NCBI GenBank assembly: GCA_033811555.1
Contig: JAPXOG010000002.1
Location: 1-42,756 of the forward strand
Length of the DNA: 42,756 bases
Origin: Minisyncoccota bacterium
GTDB lineage: Bacteria; Patescibacteriota; Minisyncoccia; Phycocordibacterales; EsbW-18
Direction of reading: 5' to 3'
The notes beneath the pieces are model-generated. The model had not been told where the DNA came from and did not search any database. It worked only from the letters and a program-made list of their open reading frames with translations. Shown here piece after piece: positions 1 through 9,087 of this stretch; the first letter of the stretch is position 1, and the number at the start of each line of letters is the position of its first letter. The position numbers and the translations under genes were made by a program.

Positions 1-1936
1 CCGGTGGCAAGTCGAGGTTGTGGGTTTGATAGAAGGAGGTGAAGGAGGAGACGGAGGATTCAAGGTCAAGGGTGATGACTTCGGGTTTTGTGGTGCCGTC
101 TTTCTCCGGACGGTGGTATGTGGCGGAAAAACTATCAGCCACCTGTGGCCCGCCCTCAATCCTTCTCTTGTTACGCAGAATGCTTTGAATGAGTCCGTCG
201 CGCTCTCTTTGCTCCTCCAGTTTCCGTTCAGCTTCGGCGCGAAACTTTGATACTTTCGTCCGTGACGAAACTTTCCGTTTTTTGAATGGGTCAAGTTCCG
301 CAAGTTCGGCAAGCGATACATGTGCTTCGCGTCTAGAATCTGCAACAAGAGCTTCAATTTTTTTCTTATCACCACGCAGCTTCTTCGCCGCTTCAAAATC
401 AAAGATATCGGCCGGCAAGCCCAAGTCCTTCGGCGAGAGCATGCGGAGCAACCCCTTTGACGCGAGAATTTTTGCCGCAAGCGCGCGGTCTTCCTGCGAA
501 TACTCTTTAAATGTCAAACCCCGTTTAAGGCGAGAATCTAAGTGTTCTACAAACGACACCTCTTCCCCTCCCATTTCTTTCTGTACACGCCAGTCGGCAA
601 GAATGGCTTCAATAGTACCTTGCGTCATAACAAATTTTTTCAACCCAGGCACCTTCCCTGATGCGCCCAGCATTTGTGTTGCGTCTGCCGTTTCTTTCCG
701 CATAACACCAGCGTATGCTTCTTGAATCTCTGTCATCGCCTCACAGAGTTTGGGAAGAGTTTCGTTGAGATCGTGCCATGAGAGATCAACGGAGCCGTCG
801 GGGTTCATGAGACGTGCGAGTATGATGTCGTACGATTCGTCTTTTGGTTGGTACCCGATTTCAAGATTATTCTGTTCAAATTCACGCGCCACCTCCGGTG
901 GGAGTTCTTGCCGTTCAGGGTTTTTTTCTGATTTGAGGTTTGCGGTGAAAATCATTTGGAACCCCTCAGAAATACGAATTTTTCCGTTTCCAACAACATT
1001 TACTTCATCCCCGGGTTTTGCATTAAAGATGCCTTTGATGAAAACCATTTGCTCCTTAGGAAGCGCTGAAAACTCATCAAAAATAACCACTGTCCCGTCC
1101 CGCATTGCTTTTGCCAACGGACCATAAATATCAACAGTCTCTATCTGACCCTCTTTTGTCGGGCGAATACCCGTTTTCCCCCACACAGAAGATTCTCGTG
1201 TTTGTGGAGAACAATAAACCATTTCTGGACTTTTGCCCGTAAAATGTTTTGCAGCAAGACGCGCAAGTGACGTTTTTCCTGTTCCCGTCGGACCATGCAA
1301 AAACATAGGCTTACCTATGAGCATGTTGCGACCTATAGCTTCAAGCGTTTCTTCCACGCTCTCCGTGTGCGCAATGTGCCCTTCTTCAGAGAGCCCTTCC
1401 TTAAACTTCACCAATTCATGCGCGCGGAATAAAAGTGGCTCTTCAGACGCTTGCTCTTCCAGTTTTTCGCGAAGTGTCCCTTTTTCTGCCCGTATGGTTT
1501 TGAGAAGTCGCTCAAGTCCGTCACGCACATGCGGACTACTGCGTTGCAATTCAAGCATCCGTCGCATTTCAAATTCACGGATGTCGTCATATTTGTCTGA
1601 GAGTTCATCTATTTCCTGATATGCGGGGGCGGCGTCCCCCAAAGACTTCAAAACAGCATCTTCGTTGATGCCGAGATTATTCCGTAGAGCCTCTTCTTCG
1701 GCAATTTTTTGGTCAGAACGGAACCGCTCTTTTGCCTTTGAGAGCCCGCCTGAGCGCCCTATAAATCCTTTGGTTTCATGTGCAATACGTTCAACCTCTC
1801 GCTTTGCAATGTCTGCGCCAAATGTTCCAGTTTCTGCGCGCCCAATACGGCGGAGTGCTTTTTTTTCTTCTTGCAGGCGAAAAACATTTTCTTCTTCACC
1901 GCTTGGACCAACATTAATCTCTGGGGACTGTTTCAT
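1..1936 (-). CDS. AAA+ ATPase (AAA_5 / MoxR-McrB-like P-loop), N-terminal 645 codons. The C-terminus runs off the left edge.
   Basis: This ORF is absent from the supplied track because it is edge-truncated. My own minus-strand translation from the ATG at 1936 is stop-free down to position 2 (MKQSPEINVGPSGEEENVFRLQEEKK...). It contains Walker A 'FLHGPTGTGKTSLA' and Walker B 'TVVIFDEF'. The + strand ORFs at 189-1949 are Ser/Arg-rich antisense shadows. Confidence 0.75.
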   Translation of the reverse strand, partial: MKQSPEINVGPSGEEENVFRLQEEKKALRRIGRAETGTFGADIAKREVERIAHETKGFIGRSGGLSKAKERFRSDQKIAEEEALRNNLGINEDAVLKSLGDAAPAYQEIDELSDKYDDIREFEMRRMLELQRSSPHVRDGLERLLKTIRAEKGTLREKLEEQASEEPLLFRAHELVKFKEGLSEEGHIAHTESVEETLEAIGRNMLIGKPMFLHGPTGTGKTSLARLAAKHFTGKSPEMVYCSPQTRESSVWGKTGIRPTKEGQIETVDIYGPLAKAMRDGTVVIFDEFSALPKEQMVFIKGIFNAKPGDEVNVVGNGKIRISEGFQMIFTANLKSEKNPERQELPPEVAREFEQNNLEIGYQPKDESYDIILARLMNPDGSVDLSWHDLNETLPKLCEAMTEIQEAYAGVMRKETADATQMLGASGKVPGLKKFVMTQGTIEAILADWRVQKEMGGEEVSFVEHLDSRLKRGLTFKEYSQEDRALAAKILASKGLLRMLSPKDLGLPADIFDFEAAKKLRGDKKKIEALVADSRREAHVSLAELAELDPFKKRKVSSRTKVSKFRAEAERKLEEQRERDGLIQSILRNKRRIEGGPQVADSFSATYHRPEKDGTTKPEVITLDLESSVSSFTSFYQTHNLDLPP

Positions 1937-2003
1937 ATACAAAACATAATACCACAAACGTAGGAGTAAAAGTGGTCACGCAAAAAATTTCCTACTTCAT
2001 AAG

Positions 2004-2030
2004 GAAAAACCGGCGACAAAACGCCGCCGG
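2004..2030 (-). terminator. Intrinsic terminator downstream of the structured RNA element / obg
   Basis: The minus strand reads CCGGCGGCG-UUUU-GUCGCCGG followed by UUUUU. Confidence 0.6.
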
Positions 2031-2042
2031 TTGAAATGGCGC

Positions 2043-2162
2043 CCCTTCCAGGGCTTTTTGGTACCTACTAAACAAGGAAGGGTCAGACACCTACGCGGTG
2101 TCCGTACCCTCGCTCATTCGTGGGCATGGCTCCGCGCGCGCTACCGCGAAACCCTGGAAGGG
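2043..2162 (-). ncRNA. Unclassified GC-rich structured RNA element (candidate sRNA or riboswitch-like leader)
   Basis: A GC-rich island sits in an AT-rich gap between the obg stop (2187) and the ATPase start (1936). An 11-bp closing helix pairs cccttccaggg (2043-2053) with ccctggaaggg (2152-2162). An internal hairpin of about 12 bp lies at 2080-2109. The terminator at 2004-2030 follows on the minus strand. Strand assignment rests on that terminator. Confidence 0.35.
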
Positions 2163-2186
2163 ACATTCTGGAGAAAACGCACCCGA

Positions 2187-3173
2187 TTACTGACCCTTCG
2201 TCAAGAGTTTTGACAAACCATCAGAAAACGCCTTAAGAGAAGCATCATCGTACACGGAAACAGTGAAAATGTTCCCTGACGAAACAGTCGTGTGCTGTAA
2301 AAATTCTTGTGTCTTTTTCTCAACCTCTTTTTCTTCCATAAGGTCCGCTTTAGTCAGCAAAACAATTTCCGGTTTTTCCGCAAGTTCTTGTGAATACTTT
2401 GAAAGTTCACTACGGATAGTTGCGTAGGCGCTACCCAAGTCATCGTGCTCAAGCGAAACGCAGTGTATCAGCATTTTGGTACGTTTGATGTGACGCAGGA
2501 ATGTGTGACCAAGCCCCCTACCTTCCGCTGCTCCGGAAATCAAACCCGGAATGTCAGCAAGCACATATCCGTACAACACGCCTAGCGACGGATTGAGTGT
2601 CGTAAACGCATAAGCTCCGACTTTTGCTCGCGCACCAGTAAGTTCGTTAAGCAGACTACTCTTCCCCGCATTAGGCAATCCTATAAGCCCAGCATCAACA
2701 ACCAGCCGCAACTCTAAGTCAATATTTGATTCTTCTCCTGGTTTACCTGGCGTCGATTGCTTAGGGGTAACGTTGCGAGAACCTTTAAAGTGCTCATTTC
2801 CATATCCTCCGTTTCCACCGATTAATATAATTTCACGCTGACCTTCATGTATAAAATCCCATGTCTGTCCCGTATCTCGTCGTGTAACAAAAGTTCCTAC
2901 AGGAACTTGCATAACAAAATCTTCTCCGTTGCGACCTTCGCGACTTCTGCTTCCACCCGGGGATCCATCTTCGGCTATATACATTTTTTGATCTGTATAT
3001 CGTTCAAGAACCGAAATATCACGTACAGCTTCAAATACAACATTTCCACCACGACCTCCGTTACCCCCTGCAGGACCCGAGAACTCCTTTCCTTTAAGAT
3101 GCAACCACCGGACAACACCGTCTCCACCTCGCCCCGCTTTCATATATAGATGTAATTCATCGATGAAAGCCAT
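2187..3173 (-). CDS. obg: GTPase Obg/CgtA
   Basis: 328 aa. The N-terminus has the glycine-rich Obg fold (MAFIDELHLYMKAGRGGDGVV...GGNGGRGG). The G domain shows GLPNAGKSSLL and DIPGLI. Confidence 0.95.
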   Translation of the reverse strand: MAFIDELHLYMKAGRGGDGVVRWLHLKGKEFSGPAGGNGGRGGNVVFEAVRDISVLERYTDQKMYIAEDGSPGGSRSREGRNGEDFVMQVPVGTFVTRRDTGQTWDFIHEGQREIILIGGNGGYGNEHFKGSRNVTPKQSTPGKPGEESNIDLELRLVVDAGLIGLPNAGKSSLLNELTGARAKVGAYAFTTLNPSLGVLYGYVLADIPGLISGAAEGRGLGHTFLRHIKRTKMLIHCVSLEHDDLGSAYATIRSELSKYSQELAEKPEIVLLTKADLMEEKEVEKKTQEFLQHTTVSSGNIFTVSVYDDASLKAFSDGLSKLLTKGQ

Positions 3174-3185
3174 AGAAACAATAAT

Positions 3186-4091
3186 TTATCTATCCAAGAC
3201 TTGCTTGGCAAGAGAAAGGGCGCTTTCTTTAGTGTTTGTAACGATCATAAAACGTGCGCTATGGCAAAACACAGAGTCAGATACGCCCGTTATACGAGCA
3301 AGTTCTTCTCCTCTTTTTCCTCCCCACTCGATAGGTAGCAGTTTTCTATTGTCATAAAACAAAGGCGGATTAATAACACAAGATAATTGCCAAAAATTAT
3401 CTTCGTGTTTTCGTACAAAATAAAGAGTGTCAGGGTACTCTCCTAGCAAGCTGGCTACCGTAGTCCTGTCTGCTGGAATATCATCGTCAAACACAATAAC
3501 GCGTTTATCCTCTGCTTGCTCATACAATTCTTTGATTTTTTTTCTGACCTCTAATTGCTGACGTGCGTGCATAATAACTCGCTCAAGAACTACACGAGCA
3601 TATGAAACAGCTTTTAAAAACTGATCATCAAGAGTTATATCTTCTCCGTCTACTGGCTCAAATACACTTAAGGCATCTTGAATCAAAAACGGCTTATCAG
3701 GCGACTGCTTCAAATCATAGAGTGGATACCCATTGTCGTAGGCATCAATTGCTTGGACTAATGACCGCTCCACAATATCAGCTACTTCATCCGAACCACA
3801 TAATTGTACTCCTAAATACTTCCAAATTAATCCAAAAGAAGCATAAGGAATACCATTTTCACGCTTCCCTCCTCCTTCTTTTTGGTGATGATCAAACCGT
3901 TTTAAGGAAGCGTCATATACAAAACCTACATCCAATACATAATCAGCAGAATCAATAACTGATTGTTCACGTGATCGAATAATCTCAACGTTTTTATCGC
4001 CAAGCAATAATAATAGTGCGGAAACTCCAAAAACATCATCGGCATGAAACCCACCGTTATGTGTAACAATCCGAATTTTTTTGTCTACCAT
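3186..4091 (-). CDS. MYG1/UPF0160 family metal-dependent hydrolase
   Basis: 'IRIVTHNGGFHADDVFGVSALLLL' is the MYG1 (DHH-like) N-terminal signature. I chose the ATG at 4091 (MVDKKIRIV). The track's longer start at 4157 would overlap the upstream gene. Confidence 0.8.
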   Translation of the reverse strand: MVDKKIRIVTHNGGFHADDVFGVSALLLLLGDKNVEIIRSREQSVIDSADYVLDVGFVYDASLKRFDHHQKEGGGKRENGIPYASFGLIWKYLGVQLCGSDEVADIVERSLVQAIDAYDNGYPLYDLKQSPDKPFLIQDALSVFEPVDGEDITLDDQFLKAVSYARVVLERVIMHARQQLEVRKKIKELYEQAEDKRVIVFDDDIPADRTTVASLLGEYPDTLYFVRKHEDNFWQLSCVINPPLFYDNRKLLPIEWGGKRGEELARITGVSDSVFCHSARFMIVTNTKESALSLAKQVLDR

Positions 4092-4092
4092 G

Positions 4093-4440
4093 CTAGTCGT
4101 TGTCTGGGAGCATCTTATGACCAATCCACACAACCACGGAAATGAGAAGTGCCCCAATAAACGCTCCAGTAAACCCTACAACATCAAAACCGTTAACAAA
4201 ATATGCCGCGAGCCACAAAAGACCCGCATTTATAACGAGTGTAAAGAGACCCAGAGTCACAAGATTAATCGGCAATGTCAGCAAAACTATGATCGGCTTA
4301 ACGGTTAAATTAAGTACCGCAAGCACTACCGCTACGATAAGCGCAACATAAAACCCATCTACAAGAATAAACTGAGGAAGTAGATATGCCGAACCTAGCA
4401 CGGCCAATGCAGTAAGTACAATTTTAAAAAGAATTCGCAT
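4093..4440 (-). CDS. Small 4-TM membrane protein, phage_holin_4_2 / YvlD-like family
   Basis: 115 aa and entirely hydrophobic helices. The 'VKPIIVLLTLPINLVTLGLFTLVINA' pattern is typical of this family. Confidence 0.65.
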   Translation of the reverse strand: MRILFKIVLTALAVLGSAYLLPQFILVDGFYVALIVAVVLAVLNLTVKPIIVLLTLPINLVTLGLFTLVINAGLLWLAAYFVNGFDVVGFTGAFIGALLISVVVWIGHKMLPDND

Positions 4441-4484
4441 ATGAGTAATATTATTCTAACAATACATTAGTATAACATCTTCAT

Positions 4485-5123
4485 TTATGTAACTCTTTCT
4501 TTTTTTCGGTAGTACAAATAAAGTCCAACGGCTACAACTACTAAAAGAAAAATGGTGTTTTGCATTGTATCAAGATAAACTGCGTATCGATTGTATACCT
4601 GAGCAAACTCCCACCCAAGAAATCCCATCAGCATAGAGCGAATAATAGTTCCTAAAAAGGTGTACACCGCAAATCTAATAGCTGACCATCGCACAAGCCC
4701 TGCAAAAATATTGAGCGCAATGGATGGTATTAAAGGAAACACGCGGGCAAAAAAGAACAAAACGTCATCCCATACATGACCTCGTAAATAGGTACGCACT
4801 TTTTCAATTTCTTCCCACGAAACACCCGTATATCGTCCATATCGATCCACTAGAGGTTTACCTCCCCAATAAACTAATCCGTATATAATCATCGCACCAA
4901 TTGTAAGCCCAAGTGAAATAGGCAACCCTATATACAAAAATAATTTCCACACTGTACTTAAACCAAGAGCATCATTTTCTAAAAACACAAAACCCGCAGA
5001 AGCCATCACTAACGTTGAAGGTATAGGTGGTATTATTTCCTGTATAAATGAGAGTAGTAAAACACCCCATGGTCCCATCATGGTGAATGTCGCCTGCATA
5101 TAAGAAACCAGCCAAGTAATCAT
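4485..5123 (-). CDS. DedA / VTT-domain membrane protein
   Basis: Multi-TM protein with a VTT-like core 'RVFPLIPSIALNIFAGLVRWSAIRF'. The ATG at 5123 avoids overlap with the secA stop at 5131. Confidence 0.7.
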   Translation of the reverse strand: MITWLVSYMQATFTMMGPWGVLLLSFIQEIIPPIPSTLVMASAGFVFLENDALGLSTVWKLFLYIGLPISLGLTIGAMIIYGLVYWGGKPLVDRYGRYTGVSWEEIEKVRTYLRGHVWDDVLFFFARVFPLIPSIALNIFAGLVRWSAIRFAVYTFLGTIIRSMLMGFLGWEFAQVYNRYAVYLDTMQNTIFLLVVVAVGLYLYYRKKERVT

Positions 5124-5130
5124 GAAAATG

Positions 5131-7668
5131 TTATTTAACGATAGACCATTCACCTCCCTCGATTAAAGGTTCTGCTTTTTTATACTTCATCTGTTTTGTC
5201 TCTATGCCGTTTGTTATTGTAACAATGTCGTTCCTACCTATTTTTGAAGTCAAGCGTACAGTAGGAGTAGCAGAAGATTCTGAAGAGGTATCTCCACCAA
5301 TCATTTGTAATCGTTCGCGCTCACGACGAAGTTTTTCTTCCTCTTTTGCAAACGCCCCCGCTCCTATCTGTGGCAACATTTGTAAAACTGTCGCACGAAT
5401 CGCCCCTTCCATTGCTCGAAATGCACGCATACCTTCTTTTTGATACTCAACTAATGGATCGCGCTGACCATAAGCTCGAAGATTTACACTATTTCTCGCA
5501 TATTCCATAACTTCCAAATGATCTATCCAAAGCATATCCATCGTCTGCAAAATAAGCCGACGCACCGCCTCAAAGAACGCCTCTGAACCAAGCGTTGTTT
5601 CTTTTTCCGCGACCAAAGCTCTAGTTTCATCATTCTCACCTATGATTTCAAAAAGCTTACTACGAACATCTTCAAATGTGCCAAGAACAAGCGCACGACG
5701 ATTCCCGTATACAGATACGCGCTGAGTATTCATCACATCGTCAAACTCAAGCACATGTTTGCGTACATCAAAGTTGAGTCCCTCTATTTTTTTCTGTGCA
5801 CTTTCCAACGAACGATTTATAAGTGAGTTTTCAATCGGTACGTCTTCAGGAATGCCGAATCTCCCCATCATACGTTTCACTGTATCTGAAGCAAACACGC
5901 GCATAAGTGAGTCCTCCAACGATACGAAAAATTGTGTCTCTCCTGGATCACCTTGTCGACCAGACCTTCCACGAAGCTGATCGTCAATACGCCGTGCTTC
6001 ATGCCGTTCTGTTCCAAGAACAAACAGCCCACCAAGTTTTTTTACCTCCTCATATTCTTCTTGAGTTGCCTGCGCACCACCGAGCTTAATATCAACTCCA
6101 CGTCCTGCCATGTTTGTTGCTACAGTTACTGCTCCTTTTTTACCCGCCTGAGCAATAACCTCTCCTTCTTGCTCATGCATCTTTGCGTTAAGTACCGTAT
6201 GAGGAATTCCTTCGCGAGTAAGATGCATGGACAACAACTCGTTTTTTTCAACGGATACCGTTCCGATAAGAACAGGTTGTCCTTGATCATGTGCTTCTCT
6301 GACTCTCTTCGCAATTGCCTCAAACTTCCCTTTCTCTGTTTGATAGATAAGATCGTTACGATCTATTCTGGCCGATGGTCGATGGGTTGGAATAGGTATG
6401 ACTTCAAGCCCATATACTTTGTAAAACTCTTCAGAACTTGTAAGTGCAGTACCTGTCATTCCAGACAATCTTCCGTACATGCGGAAAAAGTTTTGGTATG
6501 TAATTGATGCAAGCGTTCTTGATTCTTCCTGAATACGTACCCCCTCTTTTGCCTCAATCGCCTGGTGTAGACCTTCCGACCAACGACGTCCCGGTTGCAT
6601 TCGTCCTGTAAACTCATCAACTATAACCACCTCATTATCACGCACAATATATTCTTTATCCCTGTGATACAGAGCTTTTGCGCGTACTGCAGTTTCAAGA
6701 TGATGTACATACTTTATCCCTGCATCAGTATAAATATTTTCAACACCAAGCATTTTTTGAGCTTTTTCAATACCAGAATCTGTAAGCAAAACCGCATGTT
6801 TTTTCTCATCAACTTCGTAATCTTCTATTTCTTGAAGCCTCCCAGCAATTTGAGCAAAGGTTTCGTATAATTTCTCTCCCTCTCGAGTTGCAATTGAAAT
6901 GATAAGCGGTGTCCTCGCTTCATCTATTAAAACAGAGTCGATTTCGTCAACAATTGCAAAGTGGTGCCCTCCACGTTCTGGTTCTCTCTGGGAAAGATCT
7001 TCCTTTCTATACACAGTATTATCTCGTAAATAATCAAAACCAAATTCACTGTTTGTCCCGTATGTGATATCCGCTCCATACGCCTCTTTTTTTGTACAGG
7101 GACGGAGAAATTCATACACAACTTTAAACGATCCTACTTGGTCACGCATCGCATCTGATTCAATTTGAGTAGGATCATACAAATACGATTGTTGCTGACT
7201 ATTCACAACACCAACAGACAACCCCAAGAAAGCATACACCTGTCCCATCCATACCGCGTCACGTCGAGCAAGGTAATCGTTCACAGTCACAATGTGCACT
7301 CCTTTTCCTTCAAGAGCATTCAAATATGCTGCAAGTGTTGCTACGAGTGTTTTTCCTTCACCAGTACGCATTTCAGCAATCGCACCTTGATGAAGAATCA
7401 TTCCTCCGATAAGTTGTACGTCATAATGACGCTGGTTCAATGTGCGTTTCGCCGCTTCCCGCACACAAGCAAAAGCTTCAGGAAGAAGTTGATCCAAAGT
7501 TTCTCCTTTTGCTATACGATCTTTAAACTCATCTGTTTTTCCACGAATAGCTTCGTCAGAAAGAGCCTCAATTTCAGCTTCAAGCGCGTTTATTGCTTCA
7601 ACATTAGGCTGAAGACGTGAAAGCGTCCGAGTTACTTCATCCCCAAAAAATCTCTTTAAAAAATCCAT
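5131..7668 (-). CDS. secA: Preprotein translocase ATPase SecA
   Basis: The sequence starts MDFLKRFFGDEVTRTLSRL, a canonical SecA N-terminus, and includes 'MRTGEGKTLVATLAAYLNAL' and the DEAD-like 'IVDEIDSVLIDEARTPLIIS'. The track's extra 93 N-terminal codons read through an upstream terminator and a repeat, so I reject them. Confidence 0.96.
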   Translation of the reverse strand: MDFLKRFFGDEVTRTLSRLQPNVEAINALEAEIEALSDEAIRGKTDEFKDRIAKGETLDQLLPEAFACVREAAKRTLNQRHYDVQLIGGMILHQGAIAEMRTGEGKTLVATLAAYLNALEGKGVHIVTVNDYLARRDAVWMGQVYAFLGLSVGVVNSQQQSYLYDPTQIESDAMRDQVGSFKVVYEFLRPCTKKEAYGADITYGTNSEFGFDYLRDNTVYRKEDLSQREPERGGHHFAIVDEIDSVLIDEARTPLIISIATREGEKLYETFAQIAGRLQEIEDYEVDEKKHAVLLTDSGIEKAQKMLGVENIYTDAGIKYVHHLETAVRAKALYHRDKEYIVRDNEVVIVDEFTGRMQPGRRWSEGLHQAIEAKEGVRIQEESRTLASITYQNFFRMYGRLSGMTGTALTSSEEFYKVYGLEVIPIPTHRPSARIDRNDLIYQTEKGKFEAIAKRVREAHDQGQPVLIGTVSVEKNELLSMHLTREGIPHTVLNAKMHEQEGEVIAQAGKKGAVTVATNMAGRGVDIKLGGAQATQEEYEEVKKLGGLFVLGTERHEARRIDDQLRGRSGRQGDPGETQFFVSLEDSLMRVFASDTVKRMMGRFGIPEDVPIENSLINRSLESAQKKIEGLNFDVRKHVLEFDDVMNTQRVSVYGNRRALVLGTFEDVRSKLFEIIGENDETRALVAEKETTLGSEAFFEAVRRLILQTMDMLWIDHLEVMEYARNSVNLRAYGQRDPLVEYQKEGMRAFRAMEGAIRATVLQMLPQIGAGAFAKEEEKLRRERERLQMIGGDTSSESSATPTVRLTSKIGRNDIVTITNGIETKQMKYKKAEPLIEGGEWSIVK

Positions 7669-7748
7669 AATTTTGTTGACACGGAAGCAATTGTAACACA
7701 CCGTAAAATGATTGGACACAATACTAAAAGAATAAATCACTATAAATG

Positions 7749-7773
7749 AAAAATCCCGCAAAGCGGGATTTTT
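7749..7773 (-). terminator. Intrinsic (bidirectional-looking) terminator between the micro-ORF and secA
   Basis: aaaaATCCCGCaaaGCGGGATtttt: a perfect 7-bp GC stem flanked by an A run and a T run. Confidence 0.7.
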
Positions 7774-7796
7774 CACATGTGGGACAAAGCGATCAC

Positions 7797-7892
7797 TTAT
7801 GCTCGGCGACGCTTTGCCGTCTTCTTTGCAACTTTCTTCTTTGCAACTTTCTTCTTTGCAACTTTCTTCTTTGCAACTTTTTTCTTTGCCAT
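7797..7892 (-). CDS. Candidate 31-aa lysine-rich micro-protein (MAKKKVAKKKVAKKKVAKKKVAKKTAKRRRA)
   Basis: My own translation: ATG at 7892, TAA at 7797-7799, and a terminator beginning about 24 nt after the stop. There is no SD, as for other native genes. All three minus-strand frames are open across the repeat, so the call rests on the start, stop and terminator geometry. Confidence 0.4.
   Translation of the reverse strand: MAKKKVAKKKVAKKKVAKKKVAKKTAKRRRA
7821..7880. repeat. Four perfect tandem copies of a 15-bp unit (cttctttgcaacttt), with degenerate partial copies at both ends
   Basis: Read directly: 7821-7835, 7836-7850, 7851-7865 and 7866-7880 are identical. Confidence 0.92.
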
Positions 7893-8058
7893 ATGTTTGT
7901 CGTGGTACCACGACTAAGTAGTTTTTAAAATCGACCAACACGATCACACAAATGTATGTGTGTATGTTCTACTTAAAATTATCGTGCATAAGTGAATACA
8001 ATACAATGCATTTTCTATAAAAGTGTGGATAACATTTTTCAACTTACAAAAATATTTT

Positions 8059-9087
8059 TCACGAAATAATCTGAACTTCACGTTCAAGAACAATTCCTGT
8101 TGCATCATATACTTGTGATTCTATTTTTTTTGCAAACTCATCAACTTCATGCGCAGTTGCTCCGCTATGTGCGCACACAACTAGAGGTTGTGATTTAAAA
8201 CATGACACATTGCCTTCTCGAAAACCATTTAGGTGTAATACGTTATCTAGAATCCACGCAATCGGAATCTTAAACAGCCCGGTTCCATCAGAAAACACGG
8301 GTATGTCTGGATATTGTTCTTTCAATAGCAATGATTTTTCTTCAGAAATAATAGGATTTTTAAAAAACGATCCTGCCGTACCACACTCTGATAAATTGGG
8401 CATCTTACGTGCGCGCACAGACAGAACGGCATTACGAACTTCCAATGCACTATTAGGCGAAACATCGCCAAAAAAAAGATTTAGATCTTTATACGCTACA
8501 TTTGGCTGAAAAGTTTTGGAGAGTGTAAACGCCACTTTTGTTACCACATATGATTTTCCTTCAGGTTTTTTAAAAATACTTTCACGATAACCAAACTCAC
8601 ACTCATCGGCCTTCAGTTGTTTACGTTCAAGTGTCTTTTTATCAAACACCTCTACCCACGCAATTGTATTCTTCACCTCAACACCATATGCTCCTATGTT
8701 TTGAATAGGTGAAGCTCCTACTGTCCCAGGAATTCCTGATAGATTTTCAAGCCCAAATGCTCCATGGGTGATTGTATTCTCCACAAATGTATCCCAAGTC
8801 TCTCCTGCTCCAGCGACGACAGTAATTGTGTCTCCATGATCTTCATATGTAATTCCAGTTATATTCATCTTAACGACAACTCCACGCACCCCAGAGTCAG
8901 ACACTAAAACATTTGATCCTCCACCAAGGACGGTGATAGACATATCCAAATGTTTCTCAGCTATGTCGTACAACTGATCTTCCGTTGTTACAATATAAAA
9001 AATATCGGCAGGACCGCCGATACGAAATGTGGTATACGGAGCAAGCTCTACAAAAGTTCTCTTTTCTTCAGAAAGCGTTCCGTTCAT
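8059..9087 (-). CDS. murB: UDP-N-acetylenolpyruvoylglucosamine reductase MurB
   Basis: Begins MNGTLSEEKRTFVELAPYTTFRIGGPADIFY and contains LGGGSNVL and GIPGTVGASPIQNIGAYG. I chose the ATG at 9087. The longer track start is Cys/Arg-rich junk that spans a hairpin. Confidence 0.92.
   Translation of the reverse strand: MNGTLSEEKRTFVELAPYTTFRIGGPADIFYIVTTEDQLYDIAEKHLDMSITVLGGGSNVLVSDSGVRGVVVKMNITGITYEDHGDTITVVAGAGETWDTFVENTITHGAFGLENLSGIPGTVGASPIQNIGAYGVEVKNTIAWVEVFDKKTLERKQLKADECEFGYRESIFKKPEGKSYVVTKVAFTLSKTFQPNVAYKDLNLFFGDVSPNSALEVRNAVLSVRARKMPNLSECGTAGSFFKNPIISEEKSLLLKEQYPDIPVFSDGTGLFKIPIAWILDNVLHLNGFREGNVSCFKSQPLVVCAHSGATAHEVDEFAKKIESQVYDATGIVLEREVQIIS

Noticed and set aside
189-1949. Four + strand ORFs (178, 125, 128 and 94 aa) from the track
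   Set aside because: They are Ser/Arg/Cys-rich, low-complexity translations lying antisense to a continuous 645-codon minus-strand AAA+ ATPase frame. They are shadow ORFs.
2043-2162. Assigning the GC-rich element to SRP RNA, 6S RNA, tmRNA or RNase P RNA
   Set aside because: I could not find the helix-8 GGAA/AGCA motifs of SRP RNA, the tRNA-like ends of tmRNA or the P4 motifs of RNase P. It is too short for tmRNA or RNase P. A 6S-like fold is not evident, because it shows several hairpins rather than one long interrupted helix. I left it unclassified.
7821-7880. The 15-bp tandem repeat as a CRISPR array or iteron set
   Set aside because: The repeats are directly adjacent with no spacers. They are only 15 bp long, and there are no cas or rep genes. 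Iteron-like protein binding cannot be excluded, but the start, stop and terminator geometry favours a micro-ORF.
7669-7947. A 93-codon N-terminal extension of secA containing the KEESC x4 repeat
   Set aside because: The extension reads through a perfect intrinsic terminator (7749-7773) and the 15-bp repeat. The canonical SecA N-terminus MDFLKRFFG starts at 7668.
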